In this document: piece by piece, positions 26,480 through 35,765 of the stretch
Position numbering within the stretch: position 1 is the stretch's first letter
Layout: every line of letters starts with the position of its first letter
Assembly (NCBI GenBank): GCA_976226885.1
Contig: OZ320323.1
Location: 19,406,001-19,470,000 of the forward strand
Direction of reading: 5' to 3'
Source: Iphione sp. A-MEVVRFRX5
Taxonomy: Eukaryota
Length of the DNA: 64,000 nucleotides
Translations under genes and position numbers: made by a program
Notes under the pieces: model-generated
Databases searched by the model: none
Told to the model about the DNA's origin: nothing
Seen by the model: the letters and a program-made list of their open reading frames with translations, nothing else

Positions 26480-27232
26480 ATGCAAACCTATTGTGTTTTT
26501 GGTCATCCTCGATCAAAATTTTCTGTCTTCACAGAATGGTCTCTGACACCGCGTGGGGATGGTTCGAATACCCAACGCCTGCGCCTGTTGATGATAGTGG
26601 ACGGCAGAGTTGCTGGAGCTGTCGATCGTCTACCGTATGACCGTCTACCTGATATGACGATACACATCCTGCACGTGAAGAGGGGGACGTACAAGCGTGC
26701 GTGGAAGAAACGTCTATTTATCGATGTCACAAGCTACGACCTTATCTTGCTCGCCATGGGTCACCAGGAAATCCTCCGTTGGGAGACGGGCCAATGGTCG
26801 GCCCGCTATCGAGGACCTAGTGGGTATCTCCTATCGCTGAAATGGTACGTGAACAACCTTTCTGAGTGGGCCAGGGGCCCGCTTGGGACCGGTCCCAAAC
26901 TGTTATGCTGCCCCATGACTGGAATCGACTTAGGACGTGCAGAACCTGACGTTGTTGACCCCGAGGAGCAGATGATAGTAAATTCACTCGTGAGCACCCA
27001 CAACATCTTCTGCAACATGTTGGCCACACCACTGGGCATATTCCCACCGCGGCTAGATAAACCTGTCAACAAGTACGAGTTGCACACAGTGACGGTTCAG
27101 CATGATTTACTCGATGGTACTGGCTTATTTGTAGTTCCTAGCGTCTTGCAAGCATGGGCTGAGGCCATTACCTCATTTCTGATTTATTATGACAACATAA
27201 CACGCTCGGGACTGGACCAGCGGTCCGCTTAA
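26480..27232 (+). CDS. LINE ORF1b: degenerate SGNH/GDSL-esterase-like protein (250 aa)
   Basis: The blocks LLMIVDGR, DLILLAMGHQEI, LLCCPMTGIDL, QMIVNSLVSTHN and LLDGTGL...LQAWAEAI follow the order and spacing of SGNH blocks seen in retrotransposon esterases, but the catalytic Ser, Asn and His positions are substituted. Confidence 0.6.
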   Translation: MQTYCVFGHPRSKFSVFTEWSLTPRGDGSNTQRLRLLMIVDGRVAGAVDRLPYDRLPDMTIHILHVKRGTYKRAWKKRLFIDVTSYDLILLAMGHQEILRWETGQWSARYRGPSGYLLSLKWYVNNLSEWARGPLGTGPKLLCCPMTGIDLGRAEPDVVDPEEQMIVNSLVSTHNIFCNMLATPLGIFPPRLDKPVNKYELHTVTVQHDLLDGTGLFVVPSVLQAWAEAITSFLIYYDNITRSGLDQRSA

Positions 27233-28219
27233 TGGTCTTCTGAGAGAACTGAGTGGCATCTCTCATCATAGAGTTATGCTGCTAGCCAGAAGGAGCCGGT
27301 CGCTTTGTCACATCTTAGATATAAGTGCATAGTAAGATGTAATCTGTGAAGACAAGGGAGTAATGATCGCGACTAGTATGGTGTGAGGTTATGCGTACCT
27401 GACAACTCATCCTTGATTCTTACCTCGACCTGTATCGTGTGAGGTTTTGCGTACTTAACAACGTATCACTCTTTCTTACCTCAATATGCGTTACCGACCA
27501 TAACTTGGGTCTTACTTATATTTCACTTCACTCTACTTCATGTCAATTTAGTTATCTGCTTGATCGTATTCATCCTAGTTTGTGTCAATCTTGTTTCAAA
27601 CTTGATCACGGTTATCTATCCTTACAATGCGAGTGTCGTGTTACTGAGACGCTGTTTGCTACTTAATGCTGTTGACTTTCTGTTCTACCACAGAACTAAA
27701 TAGACATTGTCGATGAGGTACCACCATCCCTCAACGGCCGCTGTTCACTGACGTTAACTAACTTCTTTATACTTATCCACGGTGTCTGTGGGCATGGCAA
27801 GGGAATATAGGGGGGCCCGCGGCGTGATTACTCTGACTGGGGTGATTATTGTTGATATTACCAACCGTTAATTAATGTTACAGTTAGGGGTTGAACGAAG
27901 ATGTGCTATTTATCAAGACCCATGTACTCATCCTGGGCTAGTGTAACTGTGCTCGTTTCTGGGAGTTTTTGTTCTAGTGCCTGATATCAGTCGCAAGGTT
28001 TTTCCCAGAAATTGTACTTTGACACTGGGTTCGAATTAAAATCATTTGCTGTTCTCGAACTACAGCCTTTCTCTTTATCCACTTAAATATCTGCTTAACT
28101 ATCACCACTAACTTTGTTAACAATTAACTGTCTACTTGGGGAGGCTTGGGGTTTGTTTGATGTAACCACGTCCTGCTTTCACTGGAGCGCAGCTCACATG
28201 GTATTGTTAAGAAACTACT

Positions 28220-31006
28220 ATGGGTGTAATGAATATCTTACTCTTTAACATCCGTAGCCTATACAAGAAAGTTGCCGATTTAGAGGAGCTAATCATTGAC
28301 ACAAAAACTGATATAGCTGTTATTATCGAGAGTTGGTTAAACAGTACCCATTCTGATGGGGAGATTGCAATTGAAGGATACAACACTGTAAGATATGACA
28401 GAAGCACCACAGATCACAAGAGAGGGGGTGGTATTGTCTTGTACATTCGGAGTGACTTTGACGTTCTGAAGGTGGATTACTGGAACCAAGAAAATTCTCT
28501 ATGTGAGATGCTGGGAGTTAGGGTCAAGGCGGGTAAACGTCGTCCTCATTACTTGTTGGCAGTTTACCGGCCACCGCATGACCGCTTGAGAGACTCCATG
28601 AGAGTAATTGACTTGGTTACTGATGAACTTGTGAGGCAGCGACGATGCGATCTCACGTTGCTGGGGGACCTAAACTACAACTTTTTATGCGAAGAAAGAG
28701 TTAGTCACGGTCTCACCGAGTTACTAGCTGGCAAGGGCCTAACCCAGGTGGTAACTGGACCCACTATGGTTGAAACCTGTAGTTGTCTCGATCATATTTG
28801 GGTGAACTACCAACCAAATCTTGAGGTAAAATTCCCTGATTGCTTTATCAGCGATCACAGGCCGGTAGTTCTGCCCTTCAAGAAAGGTTGTGGTAGGAGA
28901 CGAGTCAAAACTATCACCTACCGCCAGTGGTCAAAAGCTGACATCACCGTGCTGGTAGATAAGATAAAAGAGCGGGGTTTGAATAATCTCACTGACCCGA
29001 ATGCTATCTGGGACAGTTACAATTGTATTGTAACCGACGAGCTCAGTCACATGTGTCCACTCTCAGAGAGAAGGAATTCTTCTCGACGGGATGGGCTAGT
29101 CCTGAATGAGGGGACTAAGGACCTGATAGCAGACAGGAGCTACTTCTACCAAAAATGGCGAGCCTCGGGGGATGAAGATGCCAGGAACATCTACCGGTAT
29201 CTCAACAACAAGGTGAAAGCTGCTGTTAAAGCTGCCAGGAAAGAACATTGGGCTGGCAGACTGCGAGACGCTGGACGTAATGCCACCAAGTCATGGGAGG
29301 TCCTAAACGACCTCCTTGGTAGGCAAAACAGCTCGGAAATGCTGCCAAACAGGGATGGGAGTGATCCTACATCTACTTCCACCCTGGCTGATGACTTCAA
29401 CAACTTTTTTGTTGATGAGGTCGAGCGTATCGCCATCCACCCAACAGATCTCCCTCTGTTGACCACCAGCACGCGTCCATCATTTGACATCAGGGACCCG
29501 ACACCGGAATCCCTTCGTCCAATTGTAGCGAAGCAGCAATTGAAAAAAGCCTCCGGGCTACCCTCGATCCCAACCAGGGTTTTGAAACCACTTATGCTGC
29601 TCACTCTGGACATCTTTGCTTACCTATTCACTGCCATCCTCAAGACCGGCGTCTACCCTGACCATTGGAAGGTGGCAAGGGTAACGCCGGTCTATAAGAA
29701 GGGTGACAGGGGTAAGCTGAGCAATTACAGGCCAGTCTCTATCCTTCCCCTACCGGGGAAGGTCTTTGAGACTTGGTTTGTAAGGGACCTCATGCAACAT
29801 CTGGAAACGAGGAAATTCCTTGGGAGTGAGCAGCATGGTTTCCGGGCTGGCCGCAGCACGGAAACCGCTGTCGTCAACCTTGTCAACTCTGTTCAGAGAT
29901 CCATGAACGCTGGCATGTACTGTTGTATGATGGCCTTAGACCTACGCAAGGCATTTGACCTGGTATCCTCCCAGGTTGTCCTACGTAGGCTTGCTGCAGC
30001 TGGGGCGAGTTCAAGGGTGAGACGACTTGTCTCTAATTACTTCACTGGGAGGAAGCAGTACGTACGATGCAAAGGGGTTGACTCAGCAACGCGCTCTGTT
30101 AAACACGGAGTGCCGCAAGGCTCGGTCCTCGGACCGAGCGCATTTGCAATTGTGATGGACGAGGTAGTTGGAATGATGCCTCCTGGTGCTGAGGTGACAA
30201 TGTATGCGGATGATCTTACCATTGTCACAACGGCAACTGACCTTTTGCGTCTACGGGGCATCACTCAACTGGCTGCAAACAAGGTAGCTACGTGGTGTAC
30301 TCGAGTTGGCCTCCTGCTTAGTGTTGAAAAGTGTACCTATATGGTACTAGGGAAAGGTGCGAATGCCCCACTTGACATCAAGCTGGAAGAGGTGACCTTG
30401 AATGTGGTCCCCAAGATGAAGCTGCTTGGCTACTTGTTAGACTCTCAGCTGCGCCTCAAAAGCCTAACTAAGGATGTCAAATCCAAAATGTGGGTGGCCG
30501 CCTTAAAATTAGGGAGAGTAAAAACCCTACTGCCTCTAGAGGTGCGTTGCAGACTATTCAAATCATTAGTCATGCCGCACCTACAGTATGGTGCTGCACT
30601 AATCTATGGTGCCACCAAATCAGACCACATCAGCCTACAGGTGCATCTCAACAGATGCCTACGAGTTGCAGTCCTAACTAACAAAGCACAATCAGCCACT
30701 CAGTTAGCCAGACGTCACAACATATGGAGAGTGGAGGATCTGTGCGAGCTTAAGGCAGTCACTGCAATCCACAGGATGGTCCACTTAGACCTGTTACCCA
30801 GAAACACACGCTCCATAACTAGGGGTGGTAATTCACGGAGAGTGAAGCTACCCCGGCCTAGGAGTGCACTCTTTGCAAGGAGTCTCACATATGGGGCTGC
30901 TGGGGTATGGAACTCATTGCCGCCAGGAATGAGATCTGCTCCGGTACTGAACAAATCATTGTGGATGCGGACACGAGGGCTCCAGCACCAAAATGAGGTG
31001 CTATGA
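28220..31006 (+). CDS. LINE ORF2: apurinic endonuclease + reverse transcriptase (928 aa, intact)
   Basis: APE motifs NIRSL, ESWL, GGG.VLYI, YRPP, GDLN, LDHI, SDH. RT motifs YRPVSIL, QHGFR, DLRKAFD, GVPQGSVLGP, YADD. C-terminal WNSLP typical of the CR1/L2 group. Confidence 0.97.
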   Translation: MGVMNILLFNIRSLYKKVADLEELIIDTKTDIAVIIESWLNSTHSDGEIAIEGYNTVRYDRSTTDHKRGGGIVLYIRSDFDVLKVDYWNQENSLCEMLGVRVKAGKRRPHYLLAVYRPPHDRLRDSMRVIDLVTDELVRQRRCDLTLLGDLNYNFLCEERVSHGLTELLAGKGLTQVVTGPTMVETCSCLDHIWVNYQPNLEVKFPDCFISDHRPVVLPFKKGCGRRRVKTITYRQWSKADITVLVDKIKERGLNNLTDPNAIWDSYNCIVTDELSHMCPLSERRNSSRRDGLVLNEGTKDLIADRSYFYQKWRASGDEDARNIYRYLNNKVKAAVKAARKEHWAGRLRDAGRNATKSWEVLNDLLGRQNSSEMLPNRDGSDPTSTSTLADDFNNFFVDEVERIAIHPTDLPLLTTSTRPSFDIRDPTPESLRPIVAKQQLKKASGLPSIPTRVLKPLMLLTLDIFAYLFTAILKTGVYPDHWKVARVTPVYKKGDRGKLSNYRPVSILPLPGKVFETWFVRDLMQHLETRKFLGSEQHGFRAGRSTETAVVNLVNSVQRSMNAGMYCCMMALDLRKAFDLVSSQVVLRRLAAAGASSRVRRLVSNYFTGRKQYVRCKGVDSATRSVKHGVPQGSVLGPSAFAIVMDEVVGMMPPGAEVTMYADDLTIVTTATDLLRLRGITQLAANKVATWCTRVGLLLSVEKCTYMVLGKGANAPLDIKLEEVTLNVVPKMKLLGYLLDSQLRLKSLTKDVKSKMWVAALKLGRVKTLLPLEVRCRLFKSLVMPHLQYGAALIYGATKSDHISLQVHLNRCLRVAVLTNKAQSATQLARRHNIWRVEDLCELKAVTAIHRMVHLDLLPRNTRSITRGGNSRRVKLPRPRSALFARSLTYGAAGVWNSLPPGMRSAPVLNKSLWMRTRGLQHQNEVL

Positions 31007-31699
31007 GTTGGAATTGGCTCAGCTGGCCTGGTACAGGGCCTGAGGGTAGTGTGGAAAGGAGTTTAAAAAACACCGTTCATCCTAACCCTTTGAATACTTT
31101 ACGGTGCCAGGAGCACGGTAAAGTCACACAATGGATCTACTCAATAGATCTTGGAGCCATTGACAATATTGTTAAAATTGTTCATACCCTAGTCACGGGT
31201 GTCCAATGCTTGCCCTGGATCTGATTGTCCGCGTACAGTCTTCAGCATGCGTGAAAATGGTGCTTATTGTCTACTCTGTCTAGTGTCTCGTCTGTGTTAT
31301 ACCCAACGTTCAGACTGTTGCTAGTGCGCATGTATATCTGTGTTCTGTCATCACCATGCCCACAACGAATGCGAGCTGATTATTTGCTAACACCTGTATT
31401 GACCTATGGTATGTATGTGTCCAAGACACTTCGATGTGTGGTGAATTAGCTATGTTAGCTGCCCAGAATAGTGCGAGCCTGCAGGTGTGTATCATATGGG
31501 AACAACTGACTGACTGTCCCTAATTTTGTTGCATGTGTACCTGGATCTGCATGTGCAACGCCGTTCGTTCTGTCTTTGGATGTTTTCCAAACATGTGGAG
31601 CATATATTGTCGTAAGGTCGTACTTGAGCTACAGTATACAAGCATGTGACTATATTATCCAATCTGTATCTCACTTGAAATAATGTCTACCATCTCAAA

Positions 31700-32140
31700 G
31701 TGGGTGCACTCTGTGTGTTGATTGATGTATATGCTCATGTAGTACCTGATTTGAAGTATGTAAGCAGGATACAATGCAACAAGTTGAGATCTTTCACTTA
31801 TTGATAGGCATGCATCAGATTTGATTGATCTGTCCTTACTATAAGGGTTCTGCTCCGGCATGTGTGTATTCTGTCTGATGATTGCTATATATGCTCACGT
31901 CATACTGTACTGCGTGTTTTGCCCTCTGATTGACCCCTGCCATCTGATTAAGCAAATGTGTCATACTGTATAGGACATCTGTCATTGAGTGTACTGTTCC
32001 AGCATGTGTGTGCTCTGTGTGATGATTGCTGTATATGCTCATGTCATATTGTACTATGTGTACTTCACTATGCGCGACTGAACCTTGCCACTTGATTGTG
32101 CAAATGCGTCATATTGCCTTCTGATGAGATGTGTAGTTGC
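31700..32140 (+). repeat. Three degenerate ~145-160-bp tandem units in the LINE-A 3'UTR
   Basis: The motif ctctgtgtg.tgattg.tgtatatgctca.gt recurs at ~31709, ~31869 and ~32013. Confidence 0.75.
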
Positions 32141-33185
32141 ATGTACAGAATGCATGTCTTGTCTGTATAACTCCCTGTCATATTCTTCCATTTTTGTGTA
32201 TATTCGTTCACATTAACCAGGAAAACTTTGTACCGCGACGAAGATTATGGTTAATAAAGGAATTCAACCTTAAAATTACAGGCAGTCGCCCCCCCCCCCT
32301 TCGGCATGCTAACGACCCCTGGTGGGACAGGGTGGATGTCTCTTTGCCAGGCAACTCAACGTGCGCAGTCTGCTGAATTTTTAAAGAATGTTAAGATTCT
32401 TACCGTGAAACGTTTCATTCCATACAAGCAGGATGTAGCAATTGATGCCAGCCAAACTCGTAAAATGAATCATTTATTCTGGAGAAGAACGTGTATTACT
32501 TCACATAAGCTGACTTCTAGGAACTAGAAGGTATATACTTGGGCATGAAAAGGAAACATAGGACCTGAAGTAAAAAGGCGGATGAATTCAGCTAATGCTG
32601 AACATGTTGCTTTGTGAATTGACCGATCGCTGGGCACTGAAATTCCCTTACAAATAGGAAATGTGGCAAGGCTTCCGCAATGCCAGTGATCAGCATATGT
32701 TGTTGTATGAGTAAGCTAAAGACATTAGCTTTCTGTAATTTATTTTGTTCCATAATAAGTAAAAAAACAACAAACATGTAGGCGATGCCCAAGTGTCCAC
32801 GCAATTACGAATACATCATTATTTCTTTAATATCTACAAATTCAGTTATATTCAGGCAAAGATTAAGAAGGATCTTTATCATCCAACAGTTTGACATGCT
32901 TGGGGGTTTATCAAAGCATGGAAGTTGTAAACAATATACATACTAATTAGGTGTTTCTTTTGGATATTGGTATACATGGGAACAGACATTGTTGATTCGA
33001 GTCAGCCCGTCAACAATTACCAAACTTTAATCTATCATGTTTACATCTTTTATAAATGGAGACAACTGGGCGTGGGAACATGGGTGTCCCTCTATGCATG
33101 GGGTTAATGTACCTGCTGAGAATTGTATGTCGATCATTTCTTATTTAATATTGACATTTTGCTTTCACGTTATATATTTTTTCAG

Positions 33186-33631
33186 TTCTCTCGCTCGTCT
33201 CCAGCATCCTCACCTTGACCGTCATCTCCTGCGATCGCTTCTTCGGCATCGTCTTCGCCATGAAGGCGCACATGACGGAGCGGCGCTCGACCGTCTCGCT
33301 CCTGCTCGTCTGGGTGGTGGCCATAGGCCTCTCCTCCCCGATGCTGGTTTATCGCGAGCAGTACGTGCGACCCTGGCTCAACCACACCGAGATCTGGTGC
33401 GAGGACACGTGGCCGGTCCAGTACGTGGTCGATCCGGCCACCAACCTCACTCACGTGGTGCACTCGTCGAGGAAGATCTACTACACCTTCATCTCCGTCG
33501 TCCTCTACTTCCTGCCGATCGTCGTCATGACGGTCGCCTACTCCCTGATCATCTACCACCTCTGGTCCTCGGCCATGCCCGGCGAGCGCATCGAGTCTGA
33601 AGTCAAGGTTCAGAACAGGATCAAGAAAAAG
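33186..33631 (+). CDS. Class A neuropeptide-type GPCR, internal exon (TM3-ICL3)
   Basis: ttttcag acceptor and gttagg donor; encodes LSLVSSILTLTVISCDRFFGIVF...W...P...WCEDTWP...YYTFISVVLYFLPIVVMTVAYSLI...KKK (DRF motif, ECL2 Cys, TM5). Confidence 0.95.
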
Positions 33632-34640
33632 GTTAGGGCGTTGTTCATCCTGGGCGGTGAGATAGTGTATTTGTTAGCCTTATCATTTTGGCACGCCCGA
33701 TCCAGGGGCATAGCAAGCGGAGAGAAGGGGTGGTAGGGTGACCCCCGACCCCCACCTAACACATAGGACCTCGTTCGAGCTCTATATGCTCAGTCAGGTT
33801 TGAGTGATCTCTTTATTAATGTAACTTTGGCAATTAATTTATTGTACACGTGGTTGGTCCAGAGCAATACCCAACCTGCACATCCCAACTCTCAGCAGAC
33901 CTCACTAAATCCCCCAAAACTTTGTCACATAGTGAATTTTACAGATATGCTGGGCAGTAACCCTGACCAAATGTAAAAATAATCCTACTCCTAATGAACT
34001 TTCCTTATAAAACTTACATTAACCAGCTCTATGAAAACGAAGCGGATCACATCGATATTCCATAGCATAATGAATATTCTTGATAAGCTGAACATCAAAC
34101 CCAAAACCAAAGCGACAATCTGTCATGTAAACATTCCAAAACATAATTAGTTATTCTGGATAAGGCACGTTAACACTCGAGCAATAACCGGTCACACAGA
34201 TATACCCATATATTATGCAACTTCCAGATAAGGTAGACATGAACAAACTACTAAAGGAACAACTAATCACACAAACTCTCACAGGCATTATGAGCTTTCC
34301 AAGGCGAATATTGTGAATATTTAAAGGGTCCGTTCAGATAGGAATGACTGTGTAATGAATAAAAATTATAACTTGTATGTTCAACTTCCACGCACAATCT
34401 TTTGTAATCCTTCTGTGTTTATTGCAAACCTGTTATTCTGCAAGCATCAGCCCACTATGACTGTATAGATTTATTTATATACTACTACTGACATCAGCTT
34501 ACTCAAAGTATTAATAAATCAACAATTGTATTCAATACCAACACATTTACATCCTTATACCAAATACCTTTTCGTACAGTGTATGTCTTTGATGTAGTTT
34601 TGAATTACGCCTCCTGTATGATGTCTTCTCCTTATTCCAG

Positions 34641-34745
34641 GTCGTCATCATGCTGGTGCTATTACTGACGGTGTTCGCACTGTGCTGGCTTCCCTTTCAA
34701 ATATCCATCTTGTATGCAGAGCACAGACCGAATAAGAGCTCGGCA
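34641..34745 (+). CDS. GPCR exon (TM6, CWLP motif)
   Basis: ttccag acceptor and gtacgt donor, phase 0-0; VVIMLVLLLTVFALCWLPFQISILYAEHRPNKSSA. Confidence 0.95.
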
Positions 34746-35215
34746 GTACGTATCGACATCATCTCCCCTTAGAGAACTTGAGGGCTGTACTGGATTTGAT
34801 AAAGTTAATCAACTTCGGGCTTATGCTTTCTGAGAGAAACTTGTTGTTGCAAGTAATTTAATTACTTTTCACATAATATTTGGCGCTATTCATAACCGTG
34901 TCTATGTATGTTTGATATACAGTGCAGTCATTCCCGAACGATCATACGTGGCTCCAGTCGAATCTTGATCATTAACAGAGGTTATCAAGCGGGAGGTGCT
35001 CTATTGCTGTAAAGACCATTAAACGAGCTTCCCAGTGGAGTAACATGTCCATTAGGAGAGATCCAACTGCATGTATATCCCTCCCTTTTGGCCAGAAAGG
35101 AAACACAACAGGAAAGAGAAAGTGGCACCGTATACATGTATAAGGCAGAATTTCGATTGATACTCCTTTCAAATAATTTCCTCAATTGATTGTTTTCTTT
35201 TCCTGCTCACCGTAG

Positions 35216-35324
35216 CTCCCTTCCTGGTATGCCACTTTCAACTTCTTCGCCAACTACATGGCCTACGCCAATAGTGCCATAAACCCCATCATTTATGCCG
35301 GCTTCAATGAGAACTATAAAAGAG
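35216..35324 (+). CDS. GPCR exon (TM7, NPxxY motif)
   Basis: cgtag acceptor after a pyrimidine tract, gtaggt donor; LPSWYATFNFFANYMAYANSAINPIIYAGFNENYKR(G). Confidence 0.95.
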
Positions 35325-35659
35325 GTAGGTCTATCCTTATAACTTCAACATTGGCACAAACATTCTAAGGTACAAATCAATTCTCCTGTACATTGATGCT
35401 CGATTTTTCATTATCCAAATGATACTGATAGAAACATACCACCTGTGGAATACGAGGTATGATTGTAGAGGTATACATGTACCTCTCTCAGGCACGTAGA
35501 TGAGTTCCATGAAGTGACTTCGTTGTGGAAAACTTAGTCGTCAGAGGCATAGGTTTAAAATTCAGATTGTGATTGTTTCTGGATTCATAGTTACAAGTAC
35601 AATTAAATCACTTATATCTAAACAGGAAGATACAGGACACTGTGGTGACAAAGACAGAC

Positions 35660-35765
35660 TGTAAGAGAATCGAGGAGAAGAGAGAGAGAGAGACAGCGGG
35701 AGACGGAGAGAGAGAGACAGCCAGACAGAGAGAAAGAAAAAGGAAGCAAGAGACAGAGAGATAAA
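35660..35765. repeat. GA/GACA-rich microsatellite
   Basis: Interrupted (GA)n. Confidence 0.85.

Larger units (their letters stand above)
24790..32265 (+). mobile_element. LINE-A: apparently full-length CR1/L2-group non-LTR retrotransposon with three ORFs
   Basis: 5' motif ataATGGCG...GGACG...GAGCTCC (24798-24839) resembles LINE 5' ends. It is followed by ORF1a, ORF1b, an intact APE-RT ORF2, a ~1.25-kb 3'UTR ending in a TTAACC...GGTTAA stem and AATAAA (32253). No TSD found; ends approximate. Confidence 0.9.

Noticed and set aside
26288-26480. Read-through fusion of ORF1a to ORF1b (same frame)
   Set aside because: Two in-frame stops (TGA 26288 and TAA 26441) separate them, so simple read-through cannot join them.
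24760-32290. Target-site duplications for LINE-A (and LINE-B)
   Set aside because: No convincing direct repeat at either pair of junctions; CR1/L2 insertions often lack clear TSDs.
33037-33600. Overlapping 187-aa (+) and 125-aa (-) ORFs
   Set aside because: By-products of the very high GC3 of the GPCR exon in other frames.
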